From Candidatus Methylomirabilis limnetica (lineage in GTDB: Bacteria; Methylomirabilota; Methylomirabilia; Methylomirabilales; Methylomirabilaceae): a stretch of 32,000 nucleotides of DNA. A program made the position numbers and the translations under genes. The stretch lies in the NCBI RefSeq assembly GCF_003044035.1, contig NZ_NVQC01000030.1:1-32000 (forward strand), given 5' to 3'. The notes beneath the pieces were generated by a model. That model saw nothing but the letters and a program-made list of their open reading frames with translations, did not search any database and was not told the origin of the DNA. Below are positions 15,095-24,932 of the stretch, piece after piece. Numbering within the stretch: the first letter of the stretch is position 1; every line of letters starts with the position of its first letter.

Positions 15095-15381
15095 GGGAGC
15101 GCACGATCGCGCGGAGTTCATTCGGTTGGTAGACGAAGGCCTCTCCATCACAACTCATCGGCCCCGGCGTGAACCTCGTCACAGGCGACTACTCGCAGAG
15201 CGCGGTGGGGTTCTGGATCGAGAAGGGTGAGCTGACCTACCCGGTAGAGGAGATCACCATTGCCGGTAACCTCAAGGAGATGCTCTTGGGGATCGAGATG
15301 GTCGGTAATGACCTGACATTTCGCAGCAGCGTCATCGCCCCCACCCTCAAGATCCACCGCATGACCGTCGCCGGACACTAA
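15095..15381 (+). pseudogene. Orphan duplicate of the pmbA 3' end
   Basis: 15166-15381 aligns base for base with 14119-14334 (216 nt, 10 mismatches counted by eye). 15095-15165 is a much more diverged match to 14047-14118, with a 1-nt length difference that breaks the frame. It begins 2 nt after the RelE-family stop. Confidence 0.85.
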
Positions 15382-15473
15382 TGCGGACAGAACACTCACG
15401 CCGTTACTGACGTCCAGGAAATCTTAGGACCAAATTCTACTTTGAAACCGCCGATCATCCAAATGCCGCCCGA

Positions 15474-15716
15474 TCAACGCTCATCGTTACCCTTCGACTT
15501 CCACTCACCCTTCCGCTCGATGGCGAGATATCCCCGATCCCTGGCTCTCACAGCCCGACGCAGCGCTTCGAGCGTCGGCCACGGGCATTTTGCCGGCCAC
15601 ACACCCTCGCCGTGGAGTTCCGCCGTTATCCGAGCATGGCCGTAGGCCGCCCTCTTTATTTGGGCCGCAGCCGCCTTGGCGAGGCTCAGGCTCTCCTTGA
15701 GGGCACTACACAGCAC
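15474..15716 (-). CDS. Hypothetical small protein (80 aa), unassigned
   Basis: GTG-initiated ORF 28 nt downstream of the propeller gene on the same strand. No motif recognised, and it may be non-coding. Confidence 0.3.
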   Translation of the reverse strand: MLCSALKESLSLAKAAAAQIKRAAYGHARITAELHGEGVWPAKCPWPTLEALRRAVRARDRGYLAIERKGEWKSKGNDER

Positions 15717-15743
15717 GTCCCGATGAAGCCGAGCGCCGGTTGA

Positions 15744-17336
15744 CTACTGCACCGTCACCGACAGATAGTCATAGACCCCGTTCAGATTCAGGCCGGCGCT
15801 GGTATCGATATTGAGGTGGCCATCCACGACAAAGTCACAGCCCAGGTACAGTTCATAGGTTCCCACCGGGGCGGTGTCGGAATAGAGCGAGTAGACGCCA
15901 TCAGCTTGCCCACTACTCAGATACGGGGTGACAACCGAGAGATCCGCTGGAAGCGGTACCCACCCAAGGGCGCCAAGGTACGACCAGGGCATTCCCATGG
16001 CCGGAGCGTTGACGACCAGAAATATCTCCTTGTCGCTGCATCCTTGGACAGTATAGGTAACCGTCACAGGATTCGTTAGGGCCGGTCCTGGGCCGGAGCC
16101 GACAGCCTCCAACTCAACCGACGGGCTGCTAGCCAGGATGATCTCATGGTTACCGTCGGAGTTGCCGCCGGTCAGGTTGCTGGTGGAAACGAAAGCGATC
16201 CGGGTACCGTCGGCGTTGAGGGATGGATCGAAGCTGTCGCCCCCGGTGGTGGCGGTAAGCTGGATGAAGCCAAAGACGGAGGTCCAGAGGAAGATTTCGG
16301 AATTGCTGTCGGGGTTGCTGCCGGTCAGGTTGCGATTGGAGCGAAAGGCGATTCGTGTACCGTCGGCGGAGATGGAGGGATCCCAGTTGTAACCCCCGGT
16401 GGTGGTGGTGACTTGGGTGAAGCCGGAGCCGGAGGTCCAGAGGAAGATCTCAGAATTACCATCGGAGTTGCTGCCGGTCAGGTTACTGGTGGAAACAAAG
16501 GCGATTTTGGTGCCGTCAGCGGAAATAGAGGGACTGTCGCTCCCGCCTCCGGTGGTGGTGGTAACCTGGGCGAGACCGAAACCGTTAGTCCAGAGGAAGA
16601 TCTCAGAGTTGCCGCCCGGGTTGCCACCGGTCAGGTCGTGGGTGGAGTAAAAGGCGATCCTGGTGCCGTCAGCGGAGATGGAGGGGTTGTAGTGGGTGCT
16701 AGCACCGTTGGTAGCCGTAAGCTGGGTGAAAACGGACCCGGCAGTCCAAAGGAAGATCTCAGGATTACCATCGAGATTACCGCCAGTAACCAGGTTGCGG
16801 TCGGAGCCAAAGGCGATGCGGGTGCCGTCGGCATTGATGGAGGGGGCGAAGTTTTGGCCTCCAGTGGTATTAGTGACCTGGATGAAGCCGGAGCCTGAGG
16901 TCCAGAGGAAGATCTCATTGTTGCCGTCGGAGTTGCTCCCGGTCAGATTGCGGGTGGATAGAAAAGCAATTCGAGTACCATCGGCGGAAATAGAGGGGTA
17001 GGAGTAGGTGCTGTCCCCGGTAGTGTCAGTGATCTGGGTAAAGCCGGATCCGGCAGTCCAAAGGAAAATCTCCCAGTTACCGTCGAGATTGCTATTCTGG
17101 ACCAGGTCGCGGCTGGAGCGAAAGGCGATTCGTGTACCGTCGGCGGAGATGGAGGGGCTGGCGCTACCGTCCCCGATGGTGGTGGTGAGTTGGGTATGCG
17201 TGAACTGGGCCTCGGAGATCACGGGGTTCCACCAGGCAACCAACGTTATGGCCGCAATCGCAACAACGTACCGCCACCACATATTTATCCCCATGTCTCT
17301 GAATGTGTACCACTTTAGTCCTATCGCACTCCGCAT
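15744..17336 (-). CDS. Secreted or membrane-anchored 7-bladed PD40 (TolB-like) beta-propeller protein with an unassigned ~125-aa C-terminal domain
   Basis: Seven consecutive ~51-aa units of the form Q(V/L)TTTTGG...PSISADGTRIAF.S.RNLTGSN.DGN.EIFLWTSGSGF. Hydrophobic N-terminal segment WWRYVVAIAAITLVAWW. The ORF opens at 17438, next to the dnaE stop codon. I prefer ATG 17336, which is preceded by GGAGGGGG; ATG 17294 and 17282 are also possible. Confidence 0.85.
   Translation of the reverse strand: MRSAIGLKWYTFRDMGINMWWRYVVAIAAITLVAWWNPVISEAQFTHTQLTTTIGDGSASPSISADGTRIAFRSSRDLVQNSNLDGNWEIFLWTAGSGFTQITDTTGDSTYSYPSISADGTRIAFLSTRNLTGSNSDGNNEIFLWTSGSGFIQVTNTTGGQNFAPSINADGTRIAFGSDRNLVTGGNLDGNPEIFLWTAGSVFTQLTATNGASTHYNPSISADGTRIAFYSTHDLTGGNPGGNSEIFLWTNGFGLAQVTTTTGGGSDSPSISADGTKIAFVSTSNLTGSNSDGNSEIFLWTSGSGFTQVTTTTGGYNWDPSISADGTRIAFRSNRNLTGSNPDSNSEIFLWTSVFGFIQLTATTGGDSFDPSLNADGTRIAFVSTSNLTGGNSDGNHEIILASSPSVELEAVGSGPGPALTNPVTVTYTVQGCSDKEIFLVVNAPAMGMPWSYLGALGWVPLPADLSVVTPYLSSGQADGVYSLYSDTAPVGTYELYLGCDFVVDGHLNIDTSAGLNLNGVYDYLSVTVQ
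16130..17192 (-). repeat. Seven tandem 153-bp coding repeats (the propeller blades)
   Basis: The landmark CCGGTCAGG recurs at 16168, 16321, 16474 and 16627, an exact 153-nt spacing. Degenerate equivalents follow at about 16786 (6-nt insertion), 16939 and 17095. Confidence 0.85.
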
Positions 17337-17434
17337 CGCCCCCTCCGTCTGAAAGTTAACGCCCGTCGACAAACAGCAACGCTCCCGTCTGTTCCTCACA
17401 AATACGCTGCAGATTCCTGACGGGGTCTCCGAGA

Positions 17435-20400
17435 TCACGCGCCGGTGATCGTACCCGGGCCCAACAGGGCCTCCACCTCTCGCCTGAGCAGCTCGTCCGC
17501 TGCGACGGTCATGTCTGGCGATGCGGCAATAGTCACCTGGGCACCTGGCGCAACGCTCAGGTGGAGCTTGACAGGAACGGGTCCAGGAAATCTCAGTAGC
17601 AGGCCTTTGAGCTGCTCCAGTTGCGGGGCGGACAGGTGCGATTCCTCTACCGTGATCTCCACTATCGACCTTCCGTTGCGCCTGGCGTTCGCAAGAGGAC
17701 TCACCTCCGTCAAGAGCAACTTGACCACCTCTTCGCCCACATCCACCTGTCCCTTTACCAGAACGGCCACATCCTTCACCAGGTGGAGCAGGTTCGCCTT
17801 GTAGAGCTCAGGAAATACTACCGCCTCTACCGTTCCGACCATATCTTCGAGCGTCACGAAGGCCATCCGCTCTCCGTTCTTTGTGGCGATCTCCTTGATG
17901 GCGACCACGATGGCGCATAGCGTGACCGTCTCTTTGTCCTGGCAGGTCGCGAGGCGATCGGTGGTAACAGCCGCAACCTTCGCGATGACATCCCGATAAG
18001 CGGCCAGCGGGTGGCCGGTGACGTAGAAGCCTAACGTCTCCTTTTCGGCGGCCAAGCGTAGGCTTGCCGACCACTCCGGGATGACTGGCAGCGCTCCTGC
18101 CTGGTGGCCGAGCCCGCCCTTCGTCTCCAGGACATCCAGCATTGAGACCTGGCCATGGACCCGCTCCCGCTGTACGCCGGCACCAGCCTCCATCGCCTTG
18201 TCCGCAACAGCCATGAGCTGAGCCCTCGCCGCCCCGAGAGAGTCGAATGCCCCGCACTTGATCAGACTTTCGATCACCCGTTTATTTACGAGGCGCAGGT
18301 CCACCCGCTCGCAGAAGTCGAAGATGGAGCGCAAAGGACCTTTGCCCCGCCGTGTGGCCAGGATCGACTGGATAGCCGTCTCACCGACATTCTTGATGGC
18401 CACCAGCCCGAATCGAATCTGCTCCCCCACGACGGTAAAGCTGCTTTCCGACTCGTTGACATCCGGTGGCAGAACCGTGATCCCCATCTGTCTGCACTCG
18501 TCGATGTATTTGGCGATCTTGTCGGTATCAGCCATCCCGGAGGTAAGGAGGGCCGCCATGAACTCAACCGGGTAATGGGCCTTGAGGTAGGCGGTCTGAT
18601 AGGCCACGATGGCGTAAGCAGTCGCGTGGGGTTTGTTGAAGGCATACCCCGCGAAGGGGGCCATTTTATCAAAGACCTTTTCCGCCGTCCGCGCCGGGAT
18701 CTTTTTCGCCTTCGCCCCGTCGACAAATTTCTTCCGCTGTTGATCCATCATCTCGGGGTCTTTCTTGCCCATCGCCTTACGCAGCACATCCGCCTCTCCC
18801 ATTGAGAAACCGGCAAGATCCGAGGCGATCCGCATCACCTGTTCCTGGTAGACCATGATCCCATAGGTTTCTTTGAGGATCGTCTCCATCAACGGGTGGT
18901 CGTAGCGGATCTTGACCTTACCATGCTTGCGGTCGATAAAGTCATCGATCATCACCATCGGTCCGGGTCGGTAGAGCGCCACGATGGCGATGACGTCCTC
19001 CAGCCGTTCCGGCTTCAGACGCCGCATCAGATCCCGCATCCCCGAGGATTCCAGTTGAAACACCCCGAAGGTCCGCGCCTCGCTGAGCAGTTGGAAGATC
19101 GCCGGGTCATCGAGGGGGATCTCCTCGATCTTAAACCTATGCCCGCGTCCCGCCGCGATCAGTTCCAGGGTGTTGGCGATGACCGTCAGGGTCCGAAGCC
19201 CCAGAAAGTCGATCTTCAACAGGCCAATCGTCTCGATGCCCTTCATGGCGTACTGGGTCGTCGGCTTGCTGCCGGCCTTTGAATCTTTGTAGAGCGGGAC
19301 ATGCTCGGTGAGTGGGTCGCCGGAGATCACGACACCCGCCGCGTGGGTTGAGGCGTGCCGTGTCAGTCCCTCCAGACATTTGGCAATCCGCCACAGCTCC
19401 TCCACCTCTGCCCGGCTCTGCACCGCCTCGGTAAGCGGTGGGCTCTCGGCAATCGCCTCGTCCAGACTGATATTGATCCGATTGGGGACCAACTTGGCGA
19501 TCTTATCCACCTCGGAATAGGGCATCCCCAGGCCCCGCCCGACGTCCCGGATGACCGCCTTGGCGCCCATCGTCCCGAACGTGATAATCTGGGCTACATT
19601 GTCGGCTCCATATTTCCTGGTCACATATTCGATCACCTCATCTCGCCGATCATCGCTGAAGTCGATGTCCATATCCGGCATACTGATCCGTTCGGGGTTC
19701 AGGAACCGTTCAAAGATCAGGCCGTACCGGAGCGGATCGATGTTGGTGATGCCAAGGCAGTAGGCAACCAGCGAGGCAGCCGCCGAGCCACGGCCAGGAC
19801 CGACTGAGATCCCCCGATCCTTGGCGTACTTGATGAAGTCCCAGACCACCAGGAAGTAACCGGCGAAGCCGGTCTTTTGGATGACCTCCAGCTCGTACTT
19901 CATGCGCGTCTCAACCTCGGCATTCACATCCGGGTAACGGACCTTCAGTCCCTCCCAGGCCAAATGGGCCAGATAGGTCTCGATCGTATACCCCTCTGGC
20001 GCCTGGTACTTGGGCAGGCGGAGCTGGCCGAACTGGAGCTGGAGGTTGCAGCGCTCGGCCACGGTAATAGTGTTCTTAACCGCCTCCGGCAGCTCGACAA
20101 AGACCTGCTTCATCTCCGCTGCCGATTTGAAGTAGAACTGATCGGTAGAAAAGCGCCACCGATCCTTGTCCTGAATCGTCTTCCCGGTCTGAATGCAGAG
20201 CAGCACCTCGTGGGCACGCGCATCTTCTTTGCTGGGATAGTGCAGGTCGTTGGTGGCGACAATCGGCAGCTCGAAGGCCTTGGCGAGTCGCAAGATGCCC
20301 TCAGCGACCTTTTTCTGCTCGGCCATTCCGTGGTCCTGAATCTCTAAAAAGTAGTTCTCACGCCCTAGCGCCTCGGTATACCAACTGACAGTCTCCCTCG

Positions 20401-20875
20401 CCCGAGCCTCGTCGCCATTCAGCAATGCCTTGGCCGCCTCACTGTTCAGGCAGCCGGAGAGGACAATCAGTCCTTGACAGTGCTGGGCAAACAACTCCCG
20501 GTCGATTCGAGGCTTATAGTAGAACCCCTCCAGATAGCCGGCCGAAACCAGCTTGATGAGATTCTTATAGCCGACCTGGTCCTTGGCCAGCAGGGTGATG
20601 TGGCTGGCGCCCTCGTAGCCGCTGTCCTGATTGGATCTCTCAAAACGGCTGCCGGGCGCAATATACACCTCACAGCCGATGATCGGCTTCACCCCTTCCT
20701 TCATCGCGAGGGTATAAAAGTCGATCGCACCGAAGAGGTTGCCGTGATCCGTGACAGCCAGGGCAGGCATCCGGTACTCCTTCGCCTTGGCCACCAGCTT
20801 CTCCAGGGAACAGGCCCCATCCAACAGGCTGTACTGGCTATGAACGTGCAGGTGCACAAAATCAGAATGGTGCAT
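17435..20875 (-). CDS. dnaE: DNA polymerase III alpha subunit
   Basis: 1146 aa. PHP domain FVHLHVHSQYSLLDG at the N-terminus and typical polymerase core motifs (GPGRGSAAASLVAYCLGIT, PDMDIDF). GGAGGAT lies upstream of the ATG. Confidence 0.97.
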   Translation of the reverse strand: MHHSDFVHLHVHSQYSLLDGACSLEKLVAKAKEYRMPALAVTDHGNLFGAIDFYTLAMKEGVKPIIGCEVYIAPGSRFERSNQDSGYEGASHITLLAKDQVGYKNLIKLVSAGYLEGFYYKPRIDRELFAQHCQGLIVLSGCLNSEAAKALLNGDEARARETVSWYTEALGRENYFLEIQDHGMAEQKKVAEGILRLAKAFELPIVATNDLHYPSKEDARAHEVLLCIQTGKTIQDKDRWRFSTDQFYFKSAAEMKQVFVELPEAVKNTITVAERCNLQLQFGQLRLPKYQAPEGYTIETYLAHLAWEGLKVRYPDVNAEVETRMKYELEVIQKTGFAGYFLVVWDFIKYAKDRGISVGPGRGSAAASLVAYCLGITNIDPLRYGLIFERFLNPERISMPDMDIDFSDDRRDEVIEYVTRKYGADNVAQIITFGTMGAKAVIRDVGRGLGMPYSEVDKIAKLVPNRINISLDEAIAESPPLTEAVQSRAEVEELWRIAKCLEGLTRHASTHAAGVVISGDPLTEHVPLYKDSKAGSKPTTQYAMKGIETIGLLKIDFLGLRTLTVIANTLELIAAGRGHRFKIEEIPLDDPAIFQLLSEARTFGVFQLESSGMRDLMRRLKPERLEDVIAIVALYRPGPMVMIDDFIDRKHGKVKIRYDHPLMETILKETYGIMVYQEQVMRIASDLAGFSMGEADVLRKAMGKKDPEMMDQQRKKFVDGAKAKKIPARTAEKVFDKMAPFAGYAFNKPHATAYAIVAYQTAYLKAHYPVEFMAALLTSGMADTDKIAKYIDECRQMGITVLPPDVNESESSFTVVGEQIRFGLVAIKNVGETAIQSILATRRGKGPLRSIFDFCERVDLRLVNKRVIESLIKCGAFDSLGAARAQLMAVADKAMEAGAGVQRERVHGQVSMLDVLETKGGLGHQAGALPVIPEWSASLRLAAEKETLGFYVTGHPLAAYRDVIAKVAAVTTDRLATCQDKETVTLCAIVVAIKEIATKNGERMAFVTLEDMVGTVEAVVFPELYKANLLHLVKDVAVLVKGQVDVGEEVVKLLLTEVSPLANARRNGRSIVEITVEESHLSAPQLEQLKGLLLRFPGPVPVKLHLSVAPGAQVTIAASPDMTVAADELLRREVEALLGPGTITGA

Positions 20876-20893
20876 GAATCCTCCGAAAAACCA

Positions 20894-20921
20894 GGGTGTA
20901 GGGCATAGGGTTCGGGTTAGG
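20894..20921. repeat. Degenerate heptamer array GGGTGTA GGGCATA GGGTTCG GGTTAGG
   Basis: Read directly, just upstream of the dnaE start. It is the reverse-complement type of the NNNCCCT array at 28618-28652. Confidence 0.5.
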
Positions 20922-21031
20922 AAGTGCGGCTTGCCGGTTCAGCGTCGGACCTCCAACTGAGCAAGAACTGGTGTCGGTGTTAGGCGCTGGCTTACAGTAA
21001 TCAAGTCCATTCGTTTTCTGTAGTTCGAACC

Positions 21032-21253
21032 TTACGCCACTTCCTGCATGGGGCGAATGCGAGGACTGGGAAGTGGGCGTTCCTTAGCCTCAAAATGACG
21101 AATGACATCCTCGACCACTTCGCACAGTTCACTGTAGAGTCTGACCGGATCATCTCCATGAATTCCGGTAATCAAATCAGGACACTTCCCAATATACGTG
21201 TGATCTTCTTCACTCCACTCGACCCACTTATGATACTGATCGCTCTCTTTCAT
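21032..21253 (-). CDS. HicB-like (antitoxin-fold) small protein without a DNA-binding tail
   Basis: YHKWVEWSEEDHTYIGKCPDLITGIHGDDPVRLYSELCEVVEDVIRHFEAKERPLPSP matches the HicB N-terminal domain pattern (W SeED ... pel.G ... lP.P). 73 aa. It lies 4 nt after the DUF433 gene. Confidence 0.65.
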   Translation of the reverse strand: MKESDQYHKWVEWSEEDHTYIGKCPDLITGIHGDDPVRLYSELCEVVEDVIRHFEAKERPLPSPRIRPMQEVA

Positions 21254-21257
21254 TGAC

Positions 21258-21473
21258 TCACCTTCTCGTCAGGAGGGCGGACTTGGCTAACTCGAGAACG
21301 GCAATGGCGTGTTCACGGGAAACGATGGGAAAGTCCTTCAGAAACTCATCAAGGGTATCCCCGGCTTCCAGATAATCGATGAGAGTCTGGATAGGCACTC
21401 TGGCGCCAGCAAAGACGGGGATACCACTCAGTCGATCTGGCGATGTTGTGATCAATGGCTCTGGAACAAGCAT
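21258..21473 (-). CDS. DUF433-family small protein
   Basis: ITTSPDRLSGIPVFAGARVPIQTLIDYLEAGDTLDEFLKDFPIVSREHAIAVLELA matches the DUF433 pattern (G.Pv..GtRipv..l...l..G....e.l.dyP.l....i.aal.). Confidence 0.7.
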   Translation of the reverse strand: MLVPEPLITTSPDRLSGIPVFAGARVPIQTLIDYLEAGDTLDEFLKDFPIVSREHAIAVLELAKSALLTRR

Positions 21474-21510
21474 CCTGCTCTCCGTTCGTGGTAGCTGACC
21501 CGACTCCAGC

Positions 21511-21688
21511 CTAGCACGCTTGCATCTGATTTGTGATCGGGCAAAGAAGAACTAAGCCAACTTTCTGGTTGTAGGACTGGGGGGAGGCGATCAAGGCCGG
21601 CCGGCGGCCGACCTGTTTATGTCCTGCCTGGGGATCACAGTCGACCCAGACAATGTCCCCGCAGTCTGAGACATACGGTACTTGCCAT
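21511..21688 (-). pseudogene. mazF: mazF/pemK toxin remnant: N-terminal ~55 codons, start out of frame, 3' half missing
   Basis: One minus frame reads WQVPYVSDCGDIVWVDCDPQAGHKQVGRRPALIASPQSYNQKVGLVLLCPITNQMQAC*, close to E. coli MazF YVPDMGDLIWVDFDPTKGSEQAGHRPAVVLSPFMYNNKTGMCLCVPCTTQ. The only ATG (21688-21686, overlapping the mazE stop) is in the +1 frame relative to this body. The body frame has TGA directly upstream. Confidence 0.8.
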
Positions 21689-21798
21689 CACAAAGCTTCC
21701 TTGCCGACAGGCCGACCGGTCTTAAACTCGGGGTGAATATTACGCTTGGATACCCTCTTGAGAAGATCCTCAAGCCTGTATTGCGGCGATCGAGCTTG
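21688..21798 (-). pseudogene. mazE: mazE antitoxin remnant (C-terminal tail only)
   Basis: Reads ...YRLEDLLKRVSKRNIHPEFKTGRPVGKEAL*, aligning with the E. coli MazE C-terminus [30 protein letters not shown]. The N-terminal AbrB/SpoVT-like half is absent, and the fragment abuts the guaA stop. Confidence 0.5.
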
Positions 21799-21803
21799 CT
21801 GGT

Positions 21804-23336
21804 TCACTCCCACTCGATGGTGCTCGGAGGCTTCGAGGAGATGTCGTAGACGACGCGGTTGACGCCCTTCACCTCGCTCACGATCCGGCTGCTGATCGCC
21901 TGGAGCAGGTCATACGGCAGGCGCGCCCAGTCGGCCGTCATCCCGTCGAGGCTGGTGACGGCCCGAATGGCGATAACATGCTCATAGGTCCGCTCATCGC
22001 CCATGACGCCGACGGTTTTAATCGGGAGCAGGATAGCAAACGCCTGCCACAATTCGCGGCCCACCTCCGTCTTCGCCACCTCCGCCTCGACGATGGCATC
22101 GGCTTCTCTGAGTAGGTCCAGCCGAGCCTTCGTCACCTCTCCGATAATCCGGATGGCCAGGCCAGGACCTGGAAACGGCTTGCGCCAGAGAATGACATCC
22201 GGCAGGCCGATCTCCTTCCCAAGCTCTCGCACCTCATCCTTAAACAGCTCTCGCAGCGGCTCGATCAGCTCAAAATCGAACTGCTCCGGCAGCCCCCCTA
22301 CGTTGTGGTGGGATTTGATCGTGACCGAAGGCCCCAGGACCGATACGCTCTCGATCACGTCTGGATATAACGTGCCCTGTGCGAGGAAATCGAATCGTCC
22401 CAGCCTCCGTGATTCTTCCTCAAAGACGGCAATAAACTCAGCGCCGATGATCTTCCGTTTCTCCTCGGGATCGATGACCCCTTTGAGCCGGGCGAGGAAT
22501 CGCTCCGCCGCATCGACCGAGATCAGGTGGAGACCCAGGTGCTCGCCCATAGCCTGAAGAACCTGCGCTTCTTCGCCCTTCCGAATCAGGCCATTGTCCA
22601 CGAAGACGCAGGTGAGTTTCGGACCGATCGCCTGGTGGATTAGCAGCGCGGTGACCGAAGAATCGACTCCGCCACTCAGGGCACAGAGGACCCGCCGATC
22701 CCCTACTTGGCGCCGAATACGATCGATGGCAATCTCGGCGAAGGAACGCATCTGCCAATCCGAGGCGCAACCGCAGACCTTGAACAGGAAATTTCCGAGG
22801 ATCGCCTTCCCGCTGTCAGTATGGGCGACTTCAGGGTGAAACTGAACCGCGAAGAGCGGCTGCACTCGATGGCGGATCGCGGCAAAAGGCGCATTGGCTG
22901 TGTGGGCGAGGCGACGGAACGTGTCGGGGATCCCCTCCAGCTTGTCCCCATGGCTCATCCAGACGCTGAGATCGCCTTCAAGGTTGAAGAAGAGATCGGT
23001 GCTATCGTCGATCACGAGCTTCGCCCGACCATATTCCCGGTAGGCCGATCGAGTCGTAACAGCGCCGTGAAGGTGCCCGAGAATCCCCATCCCATAGCAG
23101 ATCCCCAGGACTGGCACGCCCAGCTCGATGACCTCGCCGTGGCAGAGTGGAGCATCCGGTTGGTAGACACTGGCCGGACTACCGGAGAGAATGATCCCCT
23201 TTGGATCAAAGACTTTGATGTCGTCTAGTGGCAGGCTGAATGGATGGATCTCGCAGAAGACACCCAGTTCGCGGACGCGGCGGGCGATCAACTGCGTGTA
23301 CTGCGAGCCAAAGTCAAGGATCAGGATCTTATTCAT
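21804..23336 (-). CDS. guaA: GMP synthase (glutamine-hydrolysing)
   Basis: 510 aa. The N-terminal glutamine-amidotransferase-domain motif [23 protein letters not shown] and the ATP-PPase motif LSGGVDSSV are present. The C-terminus ends ...PPSTIEWE. Confidence 0.97.
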   Translation of the reverse strand: MNKILILDFGSQYTQLIARRVRELGVFCEIHPFSLPLDDIKVFDPKGIILSGSPASVYQPDAPLCHGEVIELGVPVLGICYGMGILGHLHGAVTTRSAYREYGRAKLVIDDSTDLFFNLEGDLSVWMSHGDKLEGIPDTFRRLAHTANAPFAAIRHRVQPLFAVQFHPEVAHTDSGKAILGNFLFKVCGCASDWQMRSFAEIAIDRIRRQVGDRRVLCALSGGVDSSVTALLIHQAIGPKLTCVFVDNGLIRKGEEAQVLQAMGEHLGLHLISVDAAERFLARLKGVIDPEEKRKIIGAEFIAVFEEESRRLGRFDFLAQGTLYPDVIESVSVLGPSVTIKSHHNVGGLPEQFDFELIEPLRELFKDEVRELGKEIGLPDVILWRKPFPGPGLAIRIIGEVTKARLDLLREADAIVEAEVAKTEVGRELWQAFAILLPIKTVGVMGDERTYEHVIAIRAVTSLDGMTADWARLPYDLLQAISSRIVSEVKGVNRVVYDISSKPPSTIEWE

Positions 23337-23342
23337 GGAGAG

Positions 23343-23427
23343 CAGCTTTCAGCGATCAGCCGTCAGCGATCGGTGTAGGGGCAGGGCCTGCCCTGCCCAA
23401 AGAGGGCGCAGCAAGCGGCGCCCCTAC
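23343..23427. repeat. Heptamer array plus an R2 composite hairpin repeat
   Basis: CAGCTTT CAGCGAT CAGCCGT CAGCGAT (23343-23370), then GTAGGGGCAGGGCCTGCCCTGCCCAAAGAGGGCGCAGCAAGCGGCGCCCCTAC (23375-23427). This fills the guaB-guaA spacer. Confidence 0.7.
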
Positions 23428-23444
23428 GCGGCTGAACGCTGTTC

Positions 23445-24917
<1,473 letters not shown>

Positions 24918-24932
24918 TCATCGTTGAGTCAT

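Noticed and set aside
15169-15381. 70-aa ORF as an independent gene
   Set aside because: It is the duplicated 3' end of pmbA (10 mismatches in 216 nt relative to 14119-14334). Its ATG falls in the duplicated codons and it has no ribosome-binding site. It is annotated as a pseudogene fragment.
16146-16898. 250-aa plus-strand ORF and the other plus-strand ORFs (16138, 16399, 16696, 17008) antisense to the propeller gene
   Set aside because: These are periodic shadow ORFs created by the 153-nt coding repeats of the minus-strand gene. Their translations are low-complexity (GGVAAGQV...).
21591-21773. 60-aa minus-strand ORF
   Set aside because: It is a wrong-frame reading across the mazE/mazF remnants. 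The other two frames carry the recognisable homology.
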